Counted from the first letter of the stretch, positions 13,478-26,363 are shown. The stretch is DNA of 64,000 bases from Acanthaster planci (GCF_001949145.1 NW_019091358.1:3466535-3530534); one strand, 5' to 3'. Program-made: numbers and translations. Notes: generated by a model from the sequence alone, not told the origin.

Positions 13478-15050
13478 TTAAGAGGTTGTGGTAGTACTTA
13501 CCATTACCTCTCATTTCTACTTTCAGTTTTTGTAACGTGTATATAATTACGAATAATGAGTTCAGTATAACAGTGTGACTTATTTGCACTTTTTGCTTGG
13601 AACTGCCCATACATCAAAGCAGTCTTTGCTAGTCACCAGAAAAATGTCTGTCGGAAAATGAAGCACACCTTTTTGTCGATAAAACTGGGGGAAAACTGCA
13701 GCAAAGGGATGCCTCCAATGTGATTCATTGTTTGGTTTTTGAGAGCATTGCACAGCAGTGTGGCTTGCAACACTTTACAGAGAATGGCTCGGTGACAAAA
13801 GCTGAATGTTAGACTTAAAGTTTCTAATAGCAATCGGAATTCCGCTAGCACGTGAAGTTGACTATCCAGCAATAGTTTTGTCCATCAGAACCGTAAAAAG
13901 TAAACCCTTGCTAAGACCACTTGGCAGGTGGATATTCACTCCAGGCTACATGTACATGTACAAGTACCTTGCAGCTCAAGACAAGTGCCAGTCGGCCCAA
14001 TCTGATTCAAAGTATTTATAGCATTTGGTGAATGTCAAGCTGTGAAACAGACCATGATAGGGGTGGATGGTCGTAGTTCACCATGCTTATTTTTTAACCA
14101 CTCATTCTTTGATAGGAGTCCTTGGTCTTTGTTATTTAAAAAAAAGGTATGTTTGTATTATTCATTGTTAAACGAAAAACTGTATTGATTGGAAAACTGA
14201 ATCATTCAATGATAGGAAAATTATGTTCTTGTCTTACTTTGTCATTTTTTCATCTTCCCATTTTAATGCATTTTTTGTATGTTCTTTTAAGGCCAGGCAA
14301 AAAGCAGTTGTGTTTTTATTTCATGGAACATATCACGGTACCGAATGCGTACATGATTATAACCTTTTTGGTTTATATTTTTAGCCTACAATGTTGCCCT
14401 CCATACAATGTGTGTGGTTATTAGCACAGAATGTACATGCAGATCCTTCTCATTGGATGCCATCTTTGCAGGAAAACCGTACAAACGGTGTATACAACGT
14501 CAACATGGGTGTGTGTTTGCACAGTGTACAAATGTTCTATACCTGAGCGCATGTTGATTGAAATAGCTTTTAAATATAGTTCAGCAGATGTGTGTCACAA
14601 AAATCAAAGTAAAAAATGCTGAAAAGCACGTAGCAGTCTGTAGGAAGAGACGCTGTTGGAGAGAGACCTGCATATCCTCACCACTTTCAGAAAGAGACAA
14701 AAGTCTCGCTGCAGTGTAAAAACTACTCTAGGTTTTGAGAAAATCGCATCTGAAGCTGGTGTCTTTTGTAACTGTCTCTAGTATATACATTCAAGAAAGA
14801 AGGGTTGTTCAATGATACAAAATACAAAATAATATTTATAGAAATCAATTAGATTTGTTGATTTTGTAAACAATACTTTTGTCTGTTCATGAAAATGCTA
14901 AAATTTGTGTGAATTTTGTCTCTTATGAAAACGGCATGCACAGTACATGTGTGTACATGCTTTTGCAATAGCATGTGCCAGGTGCAAAATGTTACATCTG
15001 TGCGCATTTCTGGAGTCAACTTTGTCTCTTCGTGAAAACGGTAATACAAG

Positions 15051-15230
15051 TTTTTATTTATTTATTTATTTATTCACCACATCCAACAGCAGAAGAACTG
15101 CCACTTACAGGAATGGTATCAATTAACAAAAGTATTAAAAAGACTAATTACAATTAAATACTTAAATTACTAAAAATTACAAATTATGCATACATAAATA
15201 AAGCATTCGCAAACAATAAAAAATAAAACA
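15051..15230 (-). mobile_element. Short 3'-end fragment of a LINE (tail, terminal stem-loop, AT-rich 3' UTR)
   Basis: (TTTA)n run at 15051-15074 followed by CCACATCCAACAGC...TTACAGGAATGGTAT, homologous to 15553-15612; the boundary near 15230 is approximate. Confidence 0.65.
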
Positions 15231-15552
15231 AGGTGGTTTTGACCTTTATTGCAAATGCTAGACCTGTGGAAGACAAGTTTGTCTCCTCTTAAAAATGACA
15301 TGTGGTTTAGATTAACTTTGCCCTGTGGAGATCATCCTGATTTGTCTGATTTCAGTAGATTTGGTTTTAAAGTAATGGTTACACGAGGTTCTAGGCCTCA
15401 CATAGACCAGTTGATTTTAAAAACAAAGAACCAGGAATTTGAAAAAAAATCCTAATTTGGAGCCACTTTGTCTCTTGTGGAAGATTCTTATGAAATGTAC
15501 ACAGATTGAGTGGTTGAGGAATGGCAGAATGCCCCATGTTGAAAACATATGG

Positions 15553-16090
15553 TTTATTTATTTATTTCAACCACATCCAACAGCGACCAAATCGCAAATT
15601 ACAGGATGGTATATGAAAATTAATTAATATAAGACATTTAATTAACAAATAAATAATCAACACCAAAAATTCCAAAATAAAAAAAGACATTACAATTAAA
15701 TAATACAATTAAATTGCATAGAAAGCGCAAAAGATGCACATTCATAATATATTTCACATAAAATTGGATTCATTACAGTAGATGAGACTGCGTGGTAGAG
15801 CTGCTTACGAAAACTTCCCAGGCTTGCAAAACCGAACACATCACACCTCCCGTGGAGTCGGTTGTAGGTCGAGGAGATTCTGGAGACAAAGCCACGCTTT
15901 ATGACCTCAACACGACTCCATGGGACATGTAAGATGTGCTCGTTAGCAAGCCATGTCCGTCTGGTAGGTACATGTAAGCTAAATGGATTAGCATCGGTGA
16001 CATTGAGAAGATTGTGAAAGTGTTTGTACACAACACACAAGAACAAGTCAGTTATTTCAAGCCATCTTTCTATAAATGAATTTAAAAACT
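15553..16090 (-). mobile_element. 5'-truncated non-LTR retrotransposon (CR1/L2-group-like): ORF2 C-terminus, 3' UTR and (TAAA)n tail
   Basis: Minus-strand ORF segment LHVPTRRTW...LHVPWSRVEVIKRGFVSRISSTYNRL...DVFGFASLGSFRKQL resembles the post-RT C-terminus of CR1/L2-group ORF2 as I recall it; followed by AT-rich UTR, stem-loop and AAATAAATAAATAAA tail. 5' boundary approximate. Confidence 0.7.
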
Positions 16091-16634
16091 GTAAAAGAAT
16101 CACAAAGATCAAGTGCTGGGTCAGCTTCATGACTTTTAATGATTAATGTGTTAAAATAAAAAAGACATGTGTCCAGTTGGGTAAAGTACATGTAATTGGA
16201 AACACACCCGTGGGGGTTTGCTTATCTTTTTGGTGAAGTGAAATACAAGGATAGAACAAATAAAGAAACACCCATACAGTAGGGATACTTTAAAAACACA
16301 CATGCAGATTAATATCTCACTTTGGAGTCATCCACACACCTGTTTGTAATTTCTCTACAGCTGGCTTGCAGGGCCCCACATTCTGTCTTTTCCTGTCCCA
16401 GCAAGGCAAAGAAAAATTGAAACGTGAAGTCAAGGAACCTGTGATGTGTAGTTATTCCTGATGTGAACAACAACCATTCGTCATTTCCCCCCCACACTCT
16501 GTCCTTTCAGATCAAGTTAGATTGCCTCAGAAATTGACGTGACTTGTGGCTTTGAAAGCATGTACATGTACTTACAACAGTGCATTGACAGCTCAAGTAA
16601 AAATAAAGCTTTGAAATGTGTGTGTAAGCTGACA

Positions 16635-16698
16635 TTTCATCCACGTTTAATGTCTTCAAGAGCAAGATTGCTCTTGAAGATATTAAACGTGGATGAAA
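16635..16698. repeat. 64-bp near-perfect palindrome (31-bp arms, 2-nt loop)
   Basis: TTTCATCCACGTTTAATGTCTTCAAGAGCAA-GA-TTGCTCTTGAAGATATTAAACGTGGATGAAA; a single G:T mismatch. Confidence 0.95.
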
Positions 16699-18427
16699 CG
16701 TTGACAGTTACCATATGAAGACATTATGAAGCCCAGTGGAAGTTGTTTGAAGGGGGACCAGGAGCAGGCAACTTGTAATCCAGTTGGGACATGTGAAAGT
16801 CAGTCATCCGAGCAGTCATTATGCCCAATACACTCACGTTTTCAGGTACCTGTATTAGAAAGTAAGTTGCTTAAGTAACTTACATGTAGTGAGAAAGGCA
16901 TTCATGAAGCGTCATTCTGAGAACAATGATTTTCATTTTAGCATTGCATCTGGGATGTGGGTTTGAATCCCACTTGAGCAAGCTTGCAATTTTTGGGCAA
17001 TTCTTTGGTCCCATTTACTGTGGTATTATGGTATAAAGAAACACCTGGTATAAAATTTTGGAGAACAGTTTTGAAAGAGCTGAGAGGGGGATACCAGTCG
17101 GGATGGTTAAATTGACCAAACAAGGCTATTCATGCATGTGGTTTTGGTGTTCACAGCAAATCCGTTGTCAATCCATTCAGTGCCAACCTGTGATTTCCAA
17201 TTACCCTGACAGTTTTACTAAAGCCTTCGGGAAGACTGCTGTGAGTTGTATGTCCCAGCACTTGCACTGGCCAGCGCTGGGAATTAAACGAGGGTATTTG
17301 GAGCACGCAGTTTATTACAGTCCAGGAGATTGCCGCAGCACAAGCACACACAGGGTATGTGTATTGGAAGGCTTGGATCTTGCCCTGTGGTCTGTTCATG
17401 CTCCGTAAGGTGCACTCAGAGAAAGCAGATTGAACTCCAGTTTGTGAGGCGCGGCAGATGGAACCACGACTAGGATCGAATGTTAACACTGGGGGAAGGG
17501 AATGAAATTGAAGTTTCAAAGGCGTCGTCGTCGACTGTGAGGTACATGTATGTGCGTGGGACTGATGTGTCATCGGAGCCATTATAGTTGGCCGCGGGAG
17601 CCGGAGGATGGAGGAGATGACCCAGATGCATTGAACATCTTGAGCTCGGGAGAACGATCCCCTCTTGCAGACCTGGCCGATTTTCTGATTGAGTTGGGTC
17701 CTTTAGTCATTGTAACTGCATACCTCCGTTGCATTTTGATAGCCCGCATGGTGGTCATTTTCGCAATCATCTACAATTTAAAAAAAAAAGAGTCCTTGGG
17801 CACATATGCATCTCTCGAAACAGACTGGTCACAATGAGGAGACATGTTGGGTGATTCCTCACCCTCCCATCACTGAGGAAGAGTTCATCAAACCAGCTTT
17901 TGTCACCGTGCACTTGATTGAACGGATGTTTGCAATCGTGATCTGGGAGTCTTTTGTTACAAGAGAGCCTGGGCCTGCAGACCATATGTGTCTCTTACAG
18001 ATACTTCAGATTTCAACAGCAAGCCCAGGGTTGAACTCAAAAGTGGCTGCGCGCGTGGTGGCGGTTACTCATGCTTGCTGTATCAATCAATCAATCAGAA
18101 CCAAATTCCTGGTTGGCCATCACTGAGCAATTAAGGCAGTTCATGTACCATTTATCTTGCTCAATACAAAACACACTGGGCACACAGCACAGATTGAATC
18201 CCTTTTTTTCTTATTGTGCCATTAAAGGAGCAACCCCTTGTTTTGCAGGATGGGTTTGTTTAGGAAGAATGAAAGACAAAACTATCGAACTAAGGCCAGA
18301 TGAGGGAGCTTTGTCAGTCATTGCTGTGCACGTTGATTGGCATTTTGACCTGAGCTTGATGAACATGTATATTTTATCAGCGCGCACATCTTTTTGGCAG
18401 ATATGAAATCACAGTTTCACATTCAGT

Positions 18428-19468
18428 TAATGATGTGCATCGGATTGGTTTGACCAGGCCAAACCGATCCAAACATTAAAACCATAAACTGAAACCGATC
18501 TGAACTCTCTAAACTGACCCGTCCCAACCCGACAAGAAATCAGGGAAAAACTGACCCGAACTGACAAAAATATAACCGAATCCTAAAAATCCGAACATCT
18601 AGTTAGGGCTAGTCAGTAATCATCCTTTCTTCTATACAAATTGTATCCATTTTGTGCCTGAACTTATGCCAGTATTATATAAATATATGTATGAATATAC
18701 TTGTCAGATGTACCGGCAGTTGTATTGTCCTGTGTCCTGACGAGGTGACCTGTGCTATAAAGGTCCTGCAAGTCTGCAAACCATGCACATTGTTTGGTAT
18801 TGCAACTGCCTATTTGCACATTTCACGATTTTTCATCGTATGCATGCAAGCATCCGGGGTACCAGGAAATATAAAGAGATGGCTGTTTTCTGAAATAACC
18901 TTTTCAAAAAGTTTGAACAGCTAAGTATTTTCAGATGTTTGTGCATTCAAACTTTTGTTTGAACAAGATTTGTAATCGTCTCTTCAATTGCACGAAACAA
19001 AATATGTACACAGTATGCAGAATCGGTTACTACATTTGGTTACTACATTCCCTGCCTTGTTTTTTCTGAAAGAATCGTCCAGTCTTGTGAAAATGCGTAG
19101 TTGGCTGAACTGGTTTGAATTGTGCGTGCGGCTGTGCGCGACCACGTTTCCAGTGTAGTCAGAATAGTACATGCAGTACAGTTCATGTTTGCTTTTTTAT
19201 TTTGATGTGCTGCATCTACAAACATATAAATTTGGCTTTGTGATCTGAAGCTCTTAAAAGTAAAATCGTCACTTGAATTTCCCGGTTCAGTTTTTCGATT
19301 ATTTTTGGTTAGTTTCGTTTTTTTTTTAATATAAAGCTTAACCGACCCGCAAACCACCCACACAAAACCGAAACCAACCTGATCCAACTGAAATGTTGGA
19401 AAAAACCGACCCGGTCTGAAGTCGGTTTTGAGTCGGGTTCGGTTTGGGGTCGGTTTTGCATAACATTA
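18428..19468. mobile_element. ~1.04-kb non-autonomous hAT-type DNA transposon
   Basis: Imperfect 12-bp TIR TAATGATGTGCA / TGCATAACATTA; 8-bp flanks CATTCAGT (18420-18427) and CATACAGT (19469-19476), 7/8 identical; arrays of AACCG/ACCCG subterminal motifs at 18440-18600 and 19280-19457. Confidence 0.8.
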
Positions 19469-20718
19469 CATACAGTCATACCATTAATTGACTCTTTGGG
19501 GATGGAAGAAAACACCTTGATAGTAGAGCAAGCTTGTTGGCCTCTAGACCAAGAGTCAATGTTTACCTGAAGGTGGAATATATGTTTACAGAAGTACACA
19601 TATTTTTTGTTACATGTATGGTATGTTGTGTTTTTTTCCCCCATTATCAGAGTGTAAATGGAATGTGACTTCATCTGTTCATTAGGCTGTACACCAACTG
19701 CCAATTATGCCCCCTAATGAGTGTGAGTGGTATCAGTTACAGTCATGTCAATTTAAAGAGGTATTTAATCTGATTAATGTGGTTTATTATTCTCTATCCA
19801 AGGGGGGGTAGTATGGTGAACTGATGACTGATTTGGTATGCTGCTCCTCAGTTGTTCATTCTTGTGGTCAGTGATTAATTGCAACTCCTAGGCAGTGTTG
19901 ACAGACGGCCTGTGGTTTTATGCATTGTATTCAACATGGTGGTTAGTTGTGAACTGCTGTTGCCCTATCTTTCACGTTTCCTGCATAATCTCCCTCTCTG
20001 AAGTGATGGCCTCCACAACTGCTCTTATATGTGGCATTGGCTTTTATCTTTTCCAGGAAATGCTTCACACTTCAGTTTTTCTGAAACTTGCTGTTTGAGC
20101 CAGCCGGCCCGTGTCGTCCTAAATCTCAGTAGCCTCTACGCAAAACCTGTATTTGTCTTCACTGCGCTTGCGGATTGGGTAAGTACATTAATATGTACCC
20201 TGTGTAACACGATGTTGTCGTGATTCATCCTCACTTGCTTTGTTCCTGTCCCCCAGGTTTCACTCTCGGCCAGATTGGAATGTTTCTCTACATGTGCGTT
20301 TATTCCATTGTCTTTCATTTCACAATTGTATCCCTTGCAGAGATCTATCATGTTACAATTTTGTTTTGAATCAAATGATAAAATATAATGCGTCCCGAGA
20401 AAGTTTCATGCATAGATTTTTACTTTCAGAACCATCAGTGTATATGGTACAGGTCACAGGGCTAAATTTCCTGGTAGGGTCTGGTGTACAACAATGCTTA
20501 TCTTTATGTGAGCACTGATTCAGTTTTGATCTTTGTGGTGTTCGGTTTCTATTCTCAAGCTATTGTTTATTGTAGGATTATGTAATTTTTTTACCTGTTC
20601 CTGGGTCAGTGACATTCTACAGAAACAGTAGGAAACATGATCCCCTTCTTGTAAGGCCTTTGATATTCAATATTAGAAAGTTCAGCGTGTATGTGGCCTT
20701 TTTTTATTACGTTTATGT

Positions 20719-20930
20719 CAGTGGTGTAGTCACTGGGAAGCCTTGGGGACACGTGCCCCCTCCCACAAATTTCCAGTGCCCCCCCAGGTTCCCCCCACTA
20801 AAAACAACGGATGAATGGATATTGAACAATGCCGATGAAAACTTGCCCCCAAAAGCAACACCACTGAAAGCTGGTGCCCCCCCATAAGATACTGATGCCC
20901 CCCACTAGTAAAATCCTAGTTACACCACTG
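20719..20930. mobile_element. 212-bp MITE with CAGTGGTGTA termini (hAT-like ends)
   Basis: TIR CAGTGGTGTA / TACACCACTG; internal repeated TGCCCCC motifs; no TSD recognisable. Confidence 0.65.
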
Positions 20931-20960
20931 GGACTTTTTATAAAAAATTACACAGTAGGT

Positions 20961-21177
20961 CTATTGGCTCCTAACTGGAACAAGAAAACGATGGTCATTT
21001 TGGTGAAAACTCATCACGTAGGTAAGCAAATTTATGCACGTTTGGTGCACGGTGCTTTGAGTTGGAATGCATAGTCTTCGCATGTCTGCCGAGTGTGTGG
21101 ATGAACCGAGTTGAAAAACTTCCCACCGGCCTGTCTCTTCCTTGTCAGTGAGGGCGCACTTCAACTCAGGGCGGATG
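20961..21177. mobile_element. Strongly diverged third copy of the same MITE family
   Basis: Right end GGGCGCACTTCAACTCAGGGCGGAT resembles GGGTGCACTTCAGCTCGGGGCGGAT; left end GCTCCTAACTGGAACAAGAAA resembles GCTCCGAGCGGAACAAAAG at about the expected spacing. Confidence 0.5.
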
Positions 21178-23458
21178 TACATGTACACATATTGCGTTCC
21201 TTTCTTTGCATATGAGATTCATTCTTTGACTCTTCGCCCATGATGGGCTGATTTCATCGGCTTGAAATGACCCAGTGGTACCATAGTCAGAAACTTTTGT
21301 CTCTGGGCCAAATGCATCATAGATTGCTCCATCATAGATTGCTGTTCTCCACCTCTGGTTTATCGATCCTCACCAATCAAGTGTCCGTAATAACTGTTGA
21401 CCCATTTTGGACCTTACAAGCATTGATCTTACCATGGGATTCCAAAACAAGTTGGTAATATTCAGCAAAAGCATCAAGTTTAGCAAAAGCATAGACTTTC
21501 ACCCAGGAATTTCAGCCGGTACCCCCGTGTGAATGATTGTACATGTAGTGAACAATCCCAAAAGACCTTAATGCAAAAGAAGCAAGACTCTGAACCTTTG
21601 TTTTATAGCAGTCTTTTGTTCTCAATGACACAAACCAACCTTTGTTCAGTAACCTGACATCAGTGAATCCCTGTGTCTTTCAATTTAATGAGTTACAGTA
21701 GCTGAATGCTGTAATTTGCATTCACCGGCGTATTATGCAAATCCAAATTTGAATTTTTATCAAGCTTGACTCAAGTTTACCCCGTTTCACTTTCATATTT
21801 AACTTTTGAAGAGTGGAGCAAATGCTATTCAGTGTTATAAAATAATCGTTGAGCGATCAATCCAGTCGAACAAAAGCCGTTATCTGTGTTGATTGAAGAA
21901 TTGTTGCAAGACAGGTATTTTTCTTTCTCTAAACCTTGGAACACATTTACTTCTTTCAAGTTTGTTTGTTTTTTTTTCAGAATATTTCTAAGTGCAACTG
22001 GCACGAACCTGTGGAGTTGCCCCTGTGCACTCTCTGTTTCGGTTTCTGTCACTGCTAACAGTCTTGCTGTGTTTGAAAAACCATGCCAGCCTTTATGTCA
22101 ACATTTACCCATCGGGGCCACAACAGACATCCTGTTTGCTTTTTTCTTTTTCTCATGCTGCATTTTGTCATGTCAACCTCACCGAAATTGAAAAATTATT
22201 TTACGGCGCACAGATGGAACACGCTCAAACGGTGAAGCGATGGGGCAAGACCCCCCCCCTTGCATCATTGAATACTCAGTGTGTATGTGTTCGGGTACCG
22301 GATGTACTGGTGGGTGGTTCATCATGATGGCATATTCCAGTCTGCATGGGGGGGGGGAGGGGGGGAGAATTGGAGGGGCAGAAATCAATGGAGTAACTGC
22401 TTCAAGTCTCCCTTTAAAGGAGTTATTGGTGACAAGTTGACATCCTGATCTCCAACCCTTCCTCCCCAAAACAGCAACAGGGCAGGACTCACATGAGTGA
22501 TGGATACCTACTTGAATACCACACATACATATGTGTGGGACCAATTTGTTGTCTGCAAAAATAATATGGATGATGGTAAATGGAGCCCCGTACACATATT
22601 GTGCGGTTTAACACCCAGTTGGGGCTGGTGTTTGTGCAGGGCTGATCAGCCAATAATCACACAAAATGCTTGTTGGCTACAACAGGTTCTTAATTGTCCA
22701 GTCCTGGAGTTTTGACTGAGCAGATTTTTGTTCTCAGCACATGTAGGCCAGGTGCACGTGTGCACAGTTGAGCAATGCGTTCTTGCAGTTCTTGAAGTTT
22801 GTAGGAATGGCATTAACTGCTCTCTTACAGTCGAGAATCCTTTTGGGGGGGGTTTCACCTGCCAGGGATAAGAGCTTGTGCAGAAAGTGTGAATGTGCAT
22901 GTACAATGTATGAGGTGGTCCTGTTTGTCCATCTGTTGGCCTTCGCAGAGGTTTATCTGTCTGATTAGCTTTGTGTCAGTCCAGTGGATCTGTCTGTTGC
23001 TGCGTGGCACACCTTTGGAGCTCGTTGAAAATGACCGTACAAGCCCTGAACTGGACCAAGAGAAGACCCAATTTTCCTAGCAATGCTAGAGCTATGTTCA
23101 GAGAGAAGAGGAGTGTCGGGCTTTACATTTTGGAAACAGAATGGCTTCTCGTTATGAGTACAGCAGAGCATGCAGCTACGTGTATTGTGTGCCAACTGTC
23201 CATGTGCACTGGCACCTATACCAGCCAGTTTGTTTCCATCAATGGTGACACTCATGTGGCAATTCTCTCTATACACGGCTCTGAGCAATGCAGGCTCCTT
23301 TGGTGGGAACTGTACTTAACCTGGTTCACTAACAAATACGAAATGCACACGTTACGGTCGCATTGCTACCGAAAAATGAGCCCTTCTCACCAACATGGCT
23401 CTTTTCAATTGATAAAGGGGTGCTTCTGCTCAAGGTGGATACGTGTATATGTGCAACT

Positions 23459-24037
23459 CAAGCCTCGTGCCGAAGTTTTTTTTTTAACTAGCCCACAGGC
23501 TAGTTAAAAGGATTATGAATAAATTTAGTGCAAACGCGTGCCTCGCTAGTCTTGTATACGTGCGCAATCCACACTGCAACCAATATCCAACAAATCATAG
23601 CGGCGCATTCATATCTACCTATTCATATCTACTCTCATTCGGAGTCCAGCAGTATGAATCTGATTCCATAACGCAAACATATGCTGGCATTGGGTCAGGG
23701 AGCCGACTGTGATGACCCGTACATTGAACGTTGGTCATGCATATGCATAATGCAGTGCATTCATTGTTCACACGTACATGTGCGGTGCGTACGATATACA
23801 TCCATACAGAAGCGCAAGCATGGCGTATAGGTAACTTACATACATGCATGTACATATACCATACGCTACATGCACAGTGTACAGTCAGCTCGACGGCGCA
23901 GCGTGTGTGCTGCAGGCACCGCATACCGCTGTCTACTTTTTACGAGTCCGCCGGGCTAGTTAAGTGGTGCATTTTACTAGCCTGTGGCTGTTTTTACTAG
24001 ACAATGACCGTGGGGCCAGTGCCAAGGTCGAGCCCTG
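23459..24037. mobile_element. Degenerate DNA-transposon relic with ACTAGCC/GGCTAGT subterminal motifs
   Basis: Hairpin TTAACTAGCC-CACA-GGCTAGTTAA near 23484-23507, repeated GGGCTAGTTAA/TTACTAGCC motifs 23950-24000, right end TCGAGCCCTG; CpG-rich interior. Left boundary and TSD uncertain. Confidence 0.45.
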
Positions 24038-24682
24038 CAACTAATACTAACTTACTGGTACTGCTGTACATGACTAGCTTGAAAATGGCTGTATCATGGT
24101 TTTAGCCTGATGCCATCCTCCAAAACACCCATCTGATTTGCACAATATCACAGGCTAACAACTTTTTTTCCTCTGATAAGCAAATCTTCTTGTTTCTTTA
24201 ATTCTCGTGTATATTTATGCTATTGTAGATTGAAAAATTATGAACAAAATCTCGTACAGTTTGGAATTTCTTTGTTTTTTTGTGTGTGTTCAAGATTTCC
24301 CAGTCATTTACCTACAGTGTAGTCTTAGAATCACTCCAAGCAATGCTTTGTTCTCCCACTTTCCATCTGAGCAGTTCCTTCATTTCACAAATAACTATCC
24401 AGGAAATGCGTACCATCTATCCAAAATACTATTGAGAATTGCCATACATTAATCTGTTTGGCCTATGTTATAATGGGGCTCATAGCCTTATCCCCCAAGA
24501 AGAAAAAGCCTTTTGAAGGAGTTGATTTATTTTCTAGAGCACAGCGTTGTTGGGAGCCACTCTCCATTTGTCCATAGGATTGCCAACAAGTTGACATTTT
24601 ACCCAGGAACCACCCTTCGTCTGCTTAGTGCTCACACAGCCACACAGTCCAAATCCTCCCGTACCATAGTTGTGGGGACATA

Positions 24683-24845
24683 CACGCCTTCAATCGTGGA
24701 CTCCCTATTGTTCCTCTTTTGTTCACACTTTAACTTTTTCGGAAGACCTCCCATATGTTTTGTACACTTTTTCCCAACCGTAGACTCTTCAGCAACCGTG
24801 GACCCTATTGTCCCCTGTTGTTATAGGTCCACGATTGAAGGCGTT
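24683..24845. mobile_element. 163-bp TA-flanked MITE
   Basis: 18-bp perfect TIR ACGCCTTCAATCGTGGAC / GTCCACGATTGAAGGCGT, TA at 24681-24682 and 24846-24847; a terminal fragment of the same family lies at 37677-37721. Confidence 0.85.
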
Positions 24846-25941
24846 TACAAAATTACACACTCATTCATACACACTGCTCATCTCCCTCGACGTAGCACTT
24901 TTTTCTATTCTGAAAAAAAAAATGCTTGCTCAAAATTAAAAAAATAAATGGTGATGTCAGCGGGGGGGAAGTGCGTGTATGATCAATCTATTTGTGCAGT
25001 GGGTGAAGGATAAATGGTCCATTAGTTCTCTCAATCTTCCAATCAATAGCACATACCCTGTGACCACAGAGCTTTAATTAATGTCATGTATACTGTGCAT
25101 GTACATGCCAATACGCTAGTTGTGTGTTTATTTGATACATGTATTGTACATGCACCCCATCCAGCTATGTGTACATGTACATGTTATTCAACTTTGCATA
25201 CAATGTACGTAGGATCTATACACGTGTGCATACATGTTGTTGGGTACACCTGTTGCGTGGTGTCAAAAAAAAATGGTGTAAACTTGTGGTGAGGTTGCAC
25301 ATGAATCAGTCATCCAGGTGTATGTTAACTAAAAACAGAAAGTGTTTTTAGTTCGGCAACTCCTAACACTGTGAAGAGGTGTTGCACATTGCCTCCCCAT
25401 TCTGTGGAGTCACAGTCCCATCGTAACAAAGTGTGCACCCGGGGTTGTGGCTGTGCACAAATGTACATGTACGTGTACATGTACATGTACATATACAAAC
25501 ACGCACGTAATGCATGGTTCAATCAAAGAGCAAGGAATTAATCCAGTGTTGGCCCAGCTCCAGCCAAGCCTTCTTTCTTGTCTTTCATTCTGTTTGAACA
25601 TTCTTGTGCTTGGTATTCCACCCTCCAATAGAGCAATCACCCTGCTTGCTCCCCATTTTAGCCTGACATACTCATATTTACCCACAGCGGGTTTATCCAC
25701 AGTGTACACATACCTCATGCATGGGCAAAGCCTCCTTGGTACCAGGGCATTTGTGCAAATTGGTACCATCAGAAAAGGGAAAGGAACTCAACCTTGCAAA
25801 CCAGCAAAAAAACAGTTGGCCTGAGGTTTAAAGGGACATGCCCCCCACTCAGCCCTCTGCATCTCAGAAACGAATCGATTTTGGACTAATTTTTAAATTT
25901 CCTTCTCACAGAGTGGCGGTCTGTGAGCCAAATGAGGTCAG

Positions 25942-26363
25942 TGGACCAACAAGCTAAAAGGAATGTGATTGAAAATTCGCAGAAAAATTTAAATGAAAAC
26001 GCATGTCACAGCACAATCATGCAAATGAATTTCTCTCAGTCTGAAAACAATTTAATGGAACATATGGCAAAACACTGAGGCAGTGAAGTTTTATTACTTG
26101 AATTATGTTCGACATGTTATTACTTGAATTGATAATCAACATTTCATTGAATTGGACCAACAAGTTAAAAGGAATGTGATTGAAAATTCGCAGAAAAATT
26201 TAAATGAAAACGCATGTCACAGCACAATCATGCAAATGAATTTCTCTCAGTCTGAAAACAATTTAATGGAACATATGGCAAAACACTGAGGCAGTGAAGT
26301 TTTATTACTTGAATTATGTTCGACATGTTATTACTTGAATTGATAATCAACATTTCATTGAAT
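25942..26363. repeat. Tandem duplication, 2 x 211 bp
   Basis: 25942-26152 and 26153-26363 identical except one C/T difference (AAGCTAAAAG vs AAGTTAAAAG) by eye. Confidence 0.95.

Noticed and set aside
22348..22378. G-quadruplex-like G runs (also 6-20 and 63870-63908)
   Set aside because: Poly-G/C tracts are frequent throughout the window, so no specific function can be argued.
25829..25860. TTAAAGGGACA as a Kolobok-type transposon end
   Set aside because: No matching opposite terminus found.
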